Origin: Vicugna vicugna
Lineage: Eukaryota
Assembly (NCBI GenBank): GCA_013265495.1
Contig: MU058781.1
Coordinates: forward strand, 6,662,522 to 6,726,521
Reading direction: 5' to 3'
Length of the DNA: 64,000 nucleotides
Numbering within the stretch: the stretch's first letter is position 1; each line of letters starts with the position of its first letter. Position numbers and translations under genes: made by a program. The notes under the pieces were generated by a model. It was not told the DNA's origin. It ran no database searches and worked only from the letters and a program-made list of their open reading frames with translations. Shown piece by piece: positions 1 to 11,564 of this stretch.

Positions 1-1501
1 TGACGCTGTTAAATGGCCCACTAATGTGATTCTGACATCTGAACACCACTTGGGAAGGTCTGTCGGGATTCCTCCCAACTCGGTAAGAGTGGACTGAAGC
101 CTGAGTGCCAGCTGTGGTCCACCCTCTGCTGCACTGTCAAAAGGTCCAGTAGCTAATCGTAATTCCTATTCTTAGTGATGTTCTTTTTTGTTGCTATTCT
201 ATGCCCTTCATATAAATACATCATGCTTGTTTTTCCTTCTGGCCTTCTCTTCATACTTCATCTTTATAATTAAAGGGGGGGGGCGGTCCTTGAGACTAAA
301 AATCCAGAAATAGGGATAAATAAAAAGGTCAACATCTTTATTCCTGCAACAGAATCCCCGATTTGATCTGACTGACAGTCCTCCAGCCACGCTCAAATTC
401 TTCTCACACGGGCTTGTTCAAAGAGTAGAGCGAGAAAATAAATGTTTAAGGAAAAGGCTCAACTGTGAAAATCAAAATTATCTCCTAGCTTCCCAACAGG
501 CAGAGGCTGGCTACCTCAGGGATCTCAGGGCTCCGGAGGCCCTCCCTGCTGTAAGTTAGGGATGCTTAGGTATTCTGGGTATCCAAGGAACAGATGAATA
601 GGGAAGTGAGGTGGGACAAAGTCCAGAAACTAACTTTCTCAGGTGCTCCAGGATCTTGCCTCAACTATATCCTTGTGAAATAGTTCTGGTCCCAGGAATG
701 CTGTCTTGTGCCTGTGACCTGGGGAACTTTCCTGTCTTGTTTCTGGTTCCCAGGCACAAGCCTGGAGATGAGGATGCTGGGAGATGGGAAAAGGAAAGGA
801 CAGACTTACAAACTAGCAAGCAAGGAAAACACTGGTGTGTATTTTACTTCATGCATGTAAGTGTGTATGAAGAGGTAAAGGATTTCCTTTTAGACACAGA
901 GAGGAAGAACTTTAATACGAACACAGGAAAACTTCTGAAAAGAGGGATCTAGAAATAATGCTTTAAGGAGCATCTCTACCTTAAAGATCAGAGACAGGTT
1001 CAAGTGTAGGTCAGGCAAAGAGCCTATAAAGTCTTTCATTCCAGCTATCATGTTTGTAAAAGGGACCTGGGCTTATTAAATAGGTCTCTTTGGCGGCATA
1101 ATTTCAACTGAGTTTATGGTAAAATGCGACTTTTATCTTCCCATTAGATTCTGTTTGAAATTCCTCAAGTCATACGCTAAAGAATTCAGAAATGATAAGC
1201 TCAAAAATGGGACATTTGAAAAGGAATTCCATCACAGTCATTCTGTACTCTAGGACCATGGAAACATTGCCACAGCCAGCTCGAGAACACAAGGTGTCAT
1301 GGAAGTGACCACCCACTCTCTGACTATACCTGAGGAAGCAGATCAGGCCCTGGGGTATTTTCATTAGCTCCTTGACAATAACCTTCCTAAGAAATTAGCA
1401 ATTTTACATGTCTAAGTTTCAGAATAATATGCTGACCCCTTACTGAATGGTGTGCGGTAAGGAAGTGCCCAAGATGGAGGAATCCAGAGTTAGGGTCTTA
1501 C

Positions 1502-1668
1502 CGTTACTATTCAGCGTTTTCATGATAACTTCCATCTGTGCAAATTCATAGTTGTAGTCTGGTTCCGAGGAAGCTTCACTGGCTGCATCCAGGTCATGCT
1601 CTAGGGGGCCCGCTTCTTTCTCAAAGTCTTTCAACCAATCTCGCCGTTTCCTCTTAGGCAAATTAATT
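1502..1668 (-). CDS. KIF13A: KIF13A coding exon (~exon 16, 167 nt): INLPKRKRRDWLKDFEKEAGPLEHDLDAASEASSEPDYNYEFAQMEVIMKTLNSN(D)
   Basis: Acceptor ccctacag|A, donor G|gtaaga; follows a 99-nt intron. Confidence 0.96.
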
Positions 1669-1767
1669 CTGTAGGGTTTTTCGCCATTAGAGAACATCAA
1701 CGTGGTGTACGCTCAGATAACACAAAAGACGTATCAGTGAAAATATGAGCGACCACAAAGCTGTTAC

Positions 1768-1854
1768 CTGAAGAAGTGGTTATTTCCCCACAGGATTCTG
1801 TCCCCGTGCCAGAGCTGGGTGGTGCTGCACACGAGGGTGCCGTTTACACAAGAC
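1768..1854 (-). CDS. KIF13A: KIF13A coding exon (~exon 15, 87 nt): SCVNGTLVCSTTQLWHGDRILWGNNHFF(R), FHA domain
   Basis: Acceptor ttccctcag|G, donor AG|gtaaca; VNG and HGDRI motifs. Confidence 0.96.
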
Positions 1855-1959
1855 CTGAGGGAACACCAGGGGCTGTGTCAGCAGCATGGTAAAAGGCACA
1901 AAACCCAGACCCAGGAGCCAAAGAGATAACTGGGGGAACTTTTTCTTAATAGACTTATT

Positions 1960-2720
1960 CGACTAATACCTAGGGAAGGAATAACAGAACTACAGCCACT
2001 ATTGAAACACACAATCCAGGCAAAGATGAACAAGGGACATCAATATCCCTCAAAGACAGACGACTGGACACGATGTGCTCTTGGTGGAGATGGAGAACAA
2101 TGCCTGTGGAACTGAACCTAATGAAGCTTGTAGATCTAAATACCAATTTAGGAACACACAGGGCAGTGGAAGATGCTAAATGACGTCATGGGATGCAATG
2201 AGCAAAATGCTGACTATGGGAAACAACCAGGTGTCTTCTTCAAATAAAATGCAAGGAAAAAAGGAGGGGAGGAGAGAAATGGGGACCCACGGGCTAAAAG
2301 AGACCTTAGAGACATAACAATCAATGACAATGGTGGAATCTTATTTGGGTCCTGATTTCAAGAAACAACTGAAAAAGAACCTTTATGAGATAACTGGGGA
2401 AATTTGAACACTGACTCAATAGATGACTAGTAAGGAATTATTGTTTATTATTTCAGGTGTGATGGTATCAGAGCTATGTTTAAGGATACTGGTCTTTTAG
2501 AGATACAAGCTGAGATATTTATGGATGCAAAGTTATAATACCTGGAATTTGTTTAAAACAATCCAGAGGGGAGGGAGGAGGCAGGAGATGTGGAAAGCAT
2601 ATAAATAAAAATAAAACTGTCTATGAGGTGTTCATTTTTGAAGCTGGATGACAGGTATATGAGGGCTTGTTATATTATTCTTTCTACTTTTTTTATATTG
2701 GAAATTTCCCATAATAAAAA
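1960..2720 (+). mobile_element. Old L1 3' region (L1MC-like)
   Basis: agagacataacaatcaa..ttgggtcctgatttcaa..gaaatttgaacactgact..ttcccataataaaaa motifs typical of L1MC 3' ends; boundaries approximate. Confidence 0.65.
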
Positions 2721-2792
2721 CTGGGGTAAAACATAAAAAGAATAGTAAATTTAAATCCTAAACAGCTACCAAAGAATTATAAAATCAATCAA

Positions 2793-2971
2793 GGGAAGGG
2801 AGGTCAGAAGATGGGTGAAATAGGTGAAGAGGATTAAGAGGTACAAAATTCGAGTTTTAGTGACAGATGGTAACTCTAATAGTGATCATTATGCAGTACA
2901 TAAAACTATCAAGTCATTACGTTGTATACCTGGAAGTAATACAATAGTGTAAGTCAATTATACTTTGAAAA
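2793..2971 (+). mobile_element. L1 3'-end fragment (L1MA-like)
   Basis: gattaagaggtacaaa..gttgtatacctggaa..gtaagtcaattatact. Confidence 0.7.
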
Positions 2972-3450
2972 CAATCAAACAAACAAATGATTAGGGTTGG
3001 GGAGGACAACTCTGACATTCTCTGTATTCATCTATATACATCACACCATTTAAAATGACATGCATTGTGTCTCTGGGTTTGTGTTGGTCTATGCGCCTTG
3101 GACTGGTCTGAAACAAATCATGAAGAAGCCAATGCCCAGCAGACGTTTGGAAGTGGTCTTTCAACAGTGCAGCTTTCCTTACATTGCAACTTTGCTATAG
3201 CTTACCAGCTATCAAAGGGCTGTGAACTCAGTAGCCTAAATAAGTCGCTGTACAAGATTTTCATGGGATTTTCTGCTTATTAGAAGACCGTGTCAGCTGA
3301 TTCTTTGACACAGTTAAAGCACTGTCACTGTGACTTTTTTTAGGGGGAGAGGGAAAGTCCTCCAGAAATTTTAGCATGGGTAATTTTAGTCTTCTTACAA
3401 ATGTTTCTTTCACCTAAAAAAGAGATTTTGCTGGCCTTTAAAAGCAAAAC

Positions 3451-3604
3451 GAGGGGAGGGTATATAGCTCAGTGGTAAAGTGCATGTCTAGCATGCAAGA
3501 GGTCATGGGTTCAATCCCCAGTACCTCTGTTAAATAAAAAAATAGACAGATAAATAAACAAACAAACCCAATCACCTGCCCCTAACAACAAAAAATAAAA
3601 ATAA
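3451..3604 (+). mobile_element. tRNA-derived SINE (Vic-1-like)
   Basis: ggggagggtatatagctcagtggt (A box) ... gggttcaatcccc (B box), A-rich tail, TSD-like taaaagcaaa on both sides. Confidence 0.9.
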
Positions 3605-4115
3605 TAAAAGCAAAGCAAAACAAAACAGTAAGCGGATGATGAAAGTTTAATTTGCTAAAAGACTCTCAGGTAAAGTTTGGTGGGGAAAAATAATGAGCAT
3701 TATTTTCAGTTTTAAGTTTTTAATAAGTGACTTTTCTCATATACTCTCGTTATCTGGCTCCTAATCTTTAGGGGACTCTTAAGCTCAAACTTTAGGAATA
3801 AGGAGAATTCACATATGAAAACAATCATTCCTTTGCAGTAATATTTCAAGTCTGGTGGCTAAGTTTTTATTGATAAAAGTACCGTGGAAATACCATCTTA
3901 AATGTTTTTAATCCGTCATACACAAACAAGGTAAAACTTTGGTGTGTATATTTTACACTAACACACTTGCTTTATTCTTGCCAATAAAAATGACTCTCAA
4001 TATTCTGACTCAAGTTTCAAAAGTCTGTCTCCCATCTATTTGGAATTATGGACTGACTTATTCATCTGCAAAAATGGAAAATGAGATGAAAATAAATATG
4101 CGTGTCTATGTCTAT

Positions 4116-4603
4116 TGTGAAAATTGATAAAAGGAAACCTCAACTAAAATTGGAGTCAAGAAGCCTGAAGAGGAAATGCCCACACCCTACCACTCATCAC
4201 CAGTTAGATGGATTCACAAACAGAACGATGTACATTACCCCAACAGAAAGACCTCAGTCACTGACCCCAACAGGCAGAGACCTACCCTGCATTCTCACAC
4301 AGGAGGTGCAACCACTGTCTCAGCAAGAACAAGTCTTCCTTCCTGCCCAGCAACAAGCCCAGCCAATAAAGAAGCTGAAGCTCAATGAGAAGCTGTTGTC
4401 ACCTGAATTTTTACTTTCCTCCAATGAACTTCCACTTTTCCCATGCTGATGACTTCCTTACCTTATCCCACCCTCCTTACTATGAGTCTTCCATATTGTG
4501 TAACCCCTCAGAGTATCTATTTGCCTGAGATGCTGCATGATTCACAAACCATTTAATAAAGCCAATTAGATGTTCAAATTTACTCAAAATTTGTTTTTTG
4601 ATA
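4116..4603 (+). mobile_element. Solo LTR, probably ERV1 class
   Basis: Starts TGTGAAA, AATAAA at ~4555, ends ttgttttttgata; 4-bp TSD-like ctat/ctac. Confidence 0.7.
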
Positions 4604-4859
4604 CTACAAATATATACATAGGTACACATACACACATTTTTGTCAAAAGGATGATAACGGGTTTAAAAAAATGTTTTTTAGAATACTTATCTTTTCTACC
4701 TAAAAACCAAACATTCAATAGTCAGTTTTTAAGGAAAATATTTTCCCATTGTTTATTAAGGTATCTAAAAAGCTCCCCAGAAATTCTAAGAATAGCAGTA
4801 TGATCAACAGTAAAAATGTGTCACTCAGTGTTCTTTATTATTTTAAACTCTGAATTATA

Positions 4860-5005
4860 ATTTAAAAAATTCAGTTCCTCATTCTCACGAGCCATATGGT
4901 AATTCTCAAGAGCACCATTTCTTGGTAGCAGCTACCAAAGTGGGCACAGCAGACACAGAACATTTTCATAATCTCAGAAAGTTCTACTGGGCAGTGATAT
5001 TCTAG
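4860..5005. mobile_element. hAT-Charlie MITE (MER3-like)
   Basis: ttcagttcctc..gctacc..cagaacattttcat..cagaaagttctactgggcag pattern. Confidence 0.6.
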
Positions 5006-5859
5006 AACAAAACTAAAAACAGAGCAAATCAGAGAAGAATCTAATAAGCTTCACCTCTCTTACATATAAATAATTTTCATGATCATTTGTATCTTTAGAG
5101 GACCCCTATCTAGGTGCTTACACACATACACACACACACACACAACCCTGAACACACATATAAACAAATCACTTTGCCATTTAGTATGCTCTTATTACCA
5201 TAATATAAAAAGAAAAAGTTACGGAAATTGCCTGGTTTGGTAATGTACCCAAGCCAAGAAATCAGCATTAAAAAGTAATTTCTAGTTGGACACATGCCTG
5301 GGGTACTTGGAAGAAGCAAATATAAAACCTCTTTGCAGGAATTTATGCAGCCTCAGCCAGGCCACCAGACTCCTACAGATAAACTGCTGAAGATGAACAC
5401 ACCTAAAGAATCGTGACCTGCTTTAGGAAGCACAGTTATCAACAGATAAAACAAACAGTTGGATTGAAGCTCCAACAACTTCAGAGAACAGTTTTCAAAC
5501 AAAGGTAACAAAATAAGTAAAAATAAAATTATTAAAACACACAATGGAGTAAAATCAAGACTTTACCAATAGAGACCAGGCCTATCCAAAAAAGGACTTC
5601 CTAAACTTCTACAAGTGAAAAACAGAGACACAAAATTTAAAACTCAATAGAATGGTTAAGCACAGATAAAACATGAGAGGGAATTGGTGGACTTGAGGAT
5701 AGGTTTGAAGAAATAATGACTATCCCTTCTTAACCCCATGTCCTGCTCTTGCTGTGTCTCCAATCCCATTTCCACCTTCACATCCAAGATTCTTGGCCCA
5801 CTTCCTCACCTCCCATTCTTTCTTCTTTGCATCTTTTCCTTCCATATCCACACCCGCAT

Positions 5860-6710
5860 GCACCTAAGCATCTCATGGTTGCTCGTGTCTTCCTGATTGC
5901 TATATTCCATTGAATCCCTTTAGCTGCTATTTTGACCTCTTCTTTAAATGTTCTCTTCCCTTGGATTCCATCATTTTATCCTGCATCCGCTGCCTCTCTG
6001 ACTCCCTTGTCTCAGCCTCCTCAATGGCTGGTCTTCAGACTATCCCTAAAACATTGGTTTAACCCTTTCACTATACACTCCAGATCCACTTCCAACACAG
6101 GCAACACTGACAATGACCAGTTGTACATCTTTAGTGTGCAGCTCTACAGCCCTAAATCCAATGTGCAACTGGAAATCTTCACATTGATGTTCCAAAGACG
6201 CCTCAAATCCAAAGTATCCCAAAGCGAACTCATTACCATTCATTACCTATCATCCTCCAAACCTGTTCCTCCTCTTGAATTCCTTATTTTGATTTAGTAG
6301 TACCATTGTTCATCCAGTCTCTCAAGACAGAAATCTGCGATCATTGCTGACTTCTCCTTTTCTTTTACTAAGTGAATTTCCATCCCGTCTCCATGCACAT
6401 CATTAAACTTTGCTGATTCTCAGATAATTCTGAAATACATTTTGTTCTTCACTTCTTTTGCTACTTGCTGTGTTCCCATGACAATATCATAACAGTAGCC
6501 TAAACAATCTCCCTTCCTCCAGTCCTGCAAACCCAGATACTTTTACACTGATCAGCTTTGCAGGTTATAAAGATCACTTTGGAAAAAGCACTTATCTTCC
6601 TGTGTCATAATTATTACTTCTATACCTTCTCCACCAGGCTTTGCATTACCATACTTGAGCATTCCCAGCACAGAGCCTGGAGCAAAGTATACTGAATGGA
6701 TGAACCAACC
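5860..6710. mobile_element. Decayed L2 fragments
   Basis: Pyrimidine-rich L2-like motifs (tccaatgtgcaactggaaatcttcac, cccagcacagagcctgg..tgaatggatgaa); boundaries approximate. Confidence 0.55.
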
Positions 6711-7741
6711 ACTAGCCTGAGGTCATAGGAAAGGAGGAAACTGGGCAGGCTGGGGAAGGAGGAAGAGCAGGGTAAAAAGACATGGAATTAAAATTGGGTA
6801 TGAGGAAATCTACCGAATAAAATCATTTTTAGATACAGTGTTAAAAAAGAGTATTATCAAATTACCATGTTGTATGTATGTATTTTATCTGTCAAGTTTA
6901 TAAAAAGAGCATGAAAAAAAAATCCAGAGTTTCTAATGAAGGATACAGCATAAAGCTAAATTCTATTTGAACTTGGAATAAGTAAAAAATTAAGGAATAG
7001 TATGATTTGACCATTAAATATCTTAACAATATATCATACAACACAAAGCCTACAAATTCCATGAATCACACATGCTATTATTGTTAGTCTCAGTTTTTCA
7101 TCACTTAGAAGTGTCTATGGCTGATATTAACAGAATAATTTGCAATGAATGTAGTTCTCTTCATAAAAATGTATGTTCTGAATTATAATGTTGTGCATTA
7201 ATGAATACTGTTTTAGGACTTCACTTTATACTTGATTATAAAATAATTCAAGACATCATTAAAAATATATTATCCTGTCAATTCTCAAATTTTTACATAC
7301 TATAGCCCAGTTTAGGAATTTTTCGTACAATGAAGTTATCTGAATAACTGCTTTTTAAACAAACAATACATTACCCTGGGTAACAACAACTAACTTTATT
7401 CAGTAGTTGTATGTCAGGCACAGAGCCAAGTGATTTACATGTTTTGTCTACTATTAGCCCCATTTATCACAAGATGGAATTGAAGATTAGATAAAAGAAG
7501 TATCTTATCTAAGGTCACCCAGCCAGTCAAGGCAGAATCAGCTACTCTGAGGCCAGTTCTCTAAATATTGCTCACACAGCGCTCTGCAAGCAGAAAGCAA
7601 ATCCTCGAGAATCCAGTATGGCCCTACTTTTGGTACAACTGAGCAAACAGATAGAAAGGGCCAGTCTATTCCTGAAAACGAGACACTAATTTTCATATAT
7701 TTTCAAATAAGATATGTTAAGTAGTCGTTTACTTCTCTTAC

Positions 7742-7872
7742 CTCGCATTTTCTTTTGGAGTGAGGGTGACCTCTCCATCAGAAGCAATATCAATTTCACA
7801 GTGCTCAGGCTGAATTCCTATCCCAAAGAGCTGGATGTCCTGAGAGGTGTCTGCTCCCACCCTGGTATGGTC
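7742..7872 (-). CDS. KIF13A: KIF13A coding exon (~exon 14, 131 nt): DHTRVGADTSQDIQLFGIGIQPEHCEIDIASDGEVTLTPKENA(R), FHA domain
   Basis: Acceptor gtttccag|GAC, donor AG|gtaaga. Confidence 0.96.
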
Positions 7873-8169
7873 CTGGAAACAGACCATTAAAGAAAAAAAC
7901 GTACACTGACAAGTAGCTCAGCAAAAATGTATCACAATCAATTTGAATAACCCAGCAGCATATGCATGACAGTATTAGATGAATCAGACAGGAGATGCGA
8001 GACCCAGCGCATCGGAATTCAAAAGCTTACCTTAATACACTAAATTTAAAATACATTTAAACACTACAGGAAAAAAAGAAAGAAAGAAGAAACCCAATCA
8101 ATAGGGATTAGCTATTGTTTTAAAATATAAAGAAACCAGACTCGACAGCAGAACACTTTGAGCTCCAAT

Positions 8170-8312
8170 TTTTTTTTTAATTAAAAAAAAAATTTGGGGG
8201 GTGGTAATTAGGTTTACTTATTTATTTATTAATGGAAGTCCTGGGGATTGAACCCAGGACCTTGTGCATTCTAAGCAAGCACTCTAACACTGAGCTATAG
8301 CCTCCTCCCCGC
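8170..8312 (-). mobile_element. tRNA-derived SINE (Vic-1-like)
   Basis: Reverse A/B boxes; TSD ttgagctccaat at 8158-8169 and 8313-8324. Confidence 0.92.
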
Positions 8313-8434
8313 TTGAGCTCCAATCTTACCTTGACAGACTTAGTATTATTGTGACCGTGGTCAAGCCATTTCACAACTTCTTTCTCTCTCTTTCCCTTTT
8401 TTTTTTTTTGGCAAAACAAGAAAAAATTTTTTAA

Positions 8435-8575
8435 TTTTTTTTAATAAAAAAAAAATTTGGGGGGGGGTAATTAGGTTTACTTATTTATTTATTAATGGAG
8501 TTCCTGGGGATTGAACCCAGGACCTTGGGCATTCTAAGCAGGCACTCTAACACTGAGCTATAGCCTCCTCCCCGC
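8435..8575 (-). mobile_element. Second copy of the same SINE, part of the 263-bp tandem duplication
   Basis: Near-identical to 8170-8312 including right flank; lacks the left TSD. Confidence 0.8.
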
Positions 8576-9877
8576 TTGAGCTCCAATCTTACCTTGACAG
8601 ACTTAGTATTATTGTGACCGTGGTCAAGCCATTTCACAACTTCTTTCTCTCTCTTTCCCTTTTTTTTTTTTTTTGGCAAAACCAGGACAATATTATTAAT
8701 TTGATCTAATAAACAGAATTCTTTCAAGGATCACCCGAGTTACCAGTGAAAGTGCTTTGAAAACAGCTGGATAAATTCAAGAACCTCTAAAAGTAGTTTC
8801 ATGGAAAGTCCTATTTTCAAATATATAACTTTTAAAATGGTAACAAAGGTTGAGCTGAGTTCTAAATACTGTTTTACATGGTACTGAAGCCTGCGGGTTC
8901 TACAATGTACACATTGGCATGACTTTAAGTACCTCAAACCCCAGACGTACGAGCACTGTGACTCTCATGACTCAAGCCCACCACTCCTCCCCTTTGTTTG
9001 TTCTGTTGCTCTAAAAATCATCAAGTCAGTATGATAATAATACTTCCTTATTCAACAGAGAAAGTATAAGGTTTGGTCTTTCAAAATTAAGACTTCAGAA
9101 CAATTCCTGACCCCGTCACCACTTCCTAGATGAACAGATCCTTAAGTCCCTTAGTGGCCTCTGAATAAACCAGGGGTTACTTAGTTGTTTCCTGTTTGTC
9201 TCTGGAGAAAACAGAATAGAAACGATGACAGAAGACTGAGGATACTTTCTTCAACTCTAGCTTATTCTCCACTGCATTCTGTAGAGTCACCAGGCAGGTC
9301 AGAATCCTTGACAAAGCAGCTGAGACCTGCAGCAGTACACTCTGCAGTGATGTCAGTGGTATCACCCTGAGGCCCGAGGGCCACATCCAAAAGGCTATAC
9401 CCCATCTCCACATTTGAAGGGTGTTTATGGGACCAAAAGTTATTTCCTGAGGATGCAGGTTTAGAAGGGATGGCCATGGAAGAACCCTGGCTGTCTAATC
9501 TACCACAAGAGTCTGCTTTAGGCTTGTTCCCATCTTGAGATCTCCTTAGAATTACTCAGAAGCATAATGGTGACTCTCCAGAGCGTCTCAGGATCCTTGT
9601 TGCTATCACCAGGGACCCCCCTCACACCCTCAGCTGCTCACTCGTGCCCCTCTGATGCCTGCACAGGAAATCAGCCCAACTGCACAGTGCCAGGATGACA
9701 CAAAATAGCTGGCTTTCACTCCCAAGGGTAACCTGATGATACTACTAACCCTCTCTCTTTTCATGAGGGCAAAGCTGGGTACAAGAAGCAAAATCATAGA
9801 GACAGGCATCCAGACTCAAGTGGAAATCGTACAGGAATGAATCTGGGTTGCAACTATCCATTAATATATTCACTTAC

Positions 9878-10012
9878 CTTTAAATAATAAACCAGAAGTT
9901 CATTGAGAGCAGGGTCTGCATTTAGGTTGACTAAGTAGCACTTGTCATCCCCCACCTTGATACCAGAAGTCTCCAGGGAAATCCCCATACTTTCAAGTTG
10001 TCGTTGCCTCTC
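9878..10012 (-). CDS. KIF13A: KIF13A coding exon (~exon 13, 135 nt): ERQRQLESMGISLETSGIKVGDDKCYLVNLNADPALNELLVYYLK
   Basis: Acceptor tgcacag|GAG, donor AAG|gtaagt; LVNLNADP motif preceding FHA. Confidence 0.96.
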
Positions 10013-11453
10013 CTGTGCACAAAAACAGACAAAAGCAGGGAAGCTCTATTTGTTGCTCTATTCATGAGTTGTATCCATGGAAAGCTTAAGTCACTGTTTC
10101 TGGGGACAATGCCAATGAAATTACACATTCTGTTCAGCTCAACCAACTTTACTGAGAGCCTGAAATGCACGACATCTTCTGTTGGTGTCTTAGGGGCACC
10201 AAGAGTGAACCAGACACCATCTTGCCCTTAAGGGGCTTACAGTCCAGTGGAGGGGATAAGACCACACAAGTGAATCTAAAGAGGAGAGCCCTGTGCCACT
10301 GGGGAGAAACAATGTGCCGCAGGGCTTCAAAGGAGAGAGACTGTGATGGGTTAAGAGTTCAAGAAAGACTTCAGGAAGAGAATACACTTGAGACGGTTCT
10401 TGAAGCGTAAAAAGAATTTCAACAGGAAGAACTAGGGGAGCAGCAAGGTTAAGGGCAGAGTGTTCTTGGGGAAGGGCATAGGAGAGCAGAGAAAAGACTC
10501 TGGGCATACTGGATGGTTTCAGGGGTCAAGAACCCCTAGTAAATGTGGGAAAGTAGTGGGAAATGGGGCTGGAAGAGCAGGCTGGGTTCCTATTGCAGAG
10601 GACCTTGAATTCATTCACTTATTCAAGAAATAAGTATGTATTTAGGTACTGATCTAGGGCTGGGAACACAGCAGCAAAAAACTTCAGTTCCTTCTTTCAT
10701 GCAAACTTATATTCTAGTGGAAGAAGACAGACCATAAAAAAAAACAGCCATGTAAAATACAGAATTTCCAGTGGTGTTAAGTGCTCTGACATGACTATAA
10801 AGCAATGGAGGAGTTACAGAGAGTTAGGTGTATGTCTGTGATATCTACAAGCAACATACAAGCAGAGGGCTGGACTAGGTCCCCAGCTACTGATTTCAAG
10901 CTACCCGATTGGGATGGTCCAATACTTACAAGTGGTCAATAAGATTAAAACGTTCATGAAATGCACAGTGTAGAGATTCATATCATACACACATACACAC
11001 GCGTGTCTACAGATTAGTCCTTGCTTACTATTTTAGCTCAAGCAAAGTTCATACAGCATTTTCTAACAAGCCCAAAGAAGCAAACACACTGAAAAAATTA
11101 GGATGCGCCGTCTGTTATAAAGTCTCTGCCAATCAGGTATAGCTGCATGCTTCGCCAGGTGATCTAAAATCACGGAACAGACTTTTGTTTAAATGCGAAG
11201 AGCAGGACACGCTAAAGGCATTTCCTGTACCACGCCTGCACAAATCCAGTGCTCTCCAACACTTCTAGCAAATACATGGACCAAACTGTACTTGATAAAA
11301 AACAATGAAGTCAGTGTCTGGAAAGGATCTTTGCAGGCTCTGGTTCAGCAGAAAGAGGTCCTCAAAGGTCTTTTTGAGGATGACAAGCGGCGAGACAGAA
11401 AAGATGGCAAATGCAAAGAATCGCAATATTTTAGGCCTAAGTTATCAAGCTAC

Positions 11454-11564
11454 CTGTGCAATTTCTTCTGTTTTCCTCAGCTTCTCCTCCCAAGTCACTG
11501 TTAGTTCTTTTATCAGCTTTTCAGACTCTTCCAGCTTCTCCTTCAGTTCAGGGGCCTTCATAGC
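11454..11564 (-). CDS. KIF13A: KIF13A coding exon (~exon 12, 111 nt): AMKAPELKEKLEESEKLIKELTVTWEEKLRKTEEIAQ
   Basis: Acceptor ttttaaag|GCT, donor CAG|gtagct; CC1 with TWEEKL motif. Confidence 0.96.

Larger units (their letters stand above)
8170..8683. repeat. Tandem duplication, period 263 bp (SINE + unique flank)
   Basis: ttgagctccaatcttaccttgacagac... occurs at 8313 and 8576; duplicated ORFs 8222-8419 and 8485-8727 in the track. Confidence 0.95.

Noticed and set aside
3451..3530. tRNA-like A/B boxes (also at 8170, 20911, 24080, 42627, 63416)
   Set aside because: These are SINE heads, mostly with A-tails and TSDs, not functional tRNA genes.
8170..8683. Repeat-spacer-like arrangement suggesting a CRISPR-type array
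   Set aside because: Eukaryotic intron; it is a two-copy duplication with identical flank and no variable spacers.
9262..9550. Minus-strand open frame in intron 13 (MAIPSKPASS...) as a possible alternative exon
   Set aside because: Weak polypyrimidine tract, no homology I recognise, and exons 13 and 14 already join in frame.
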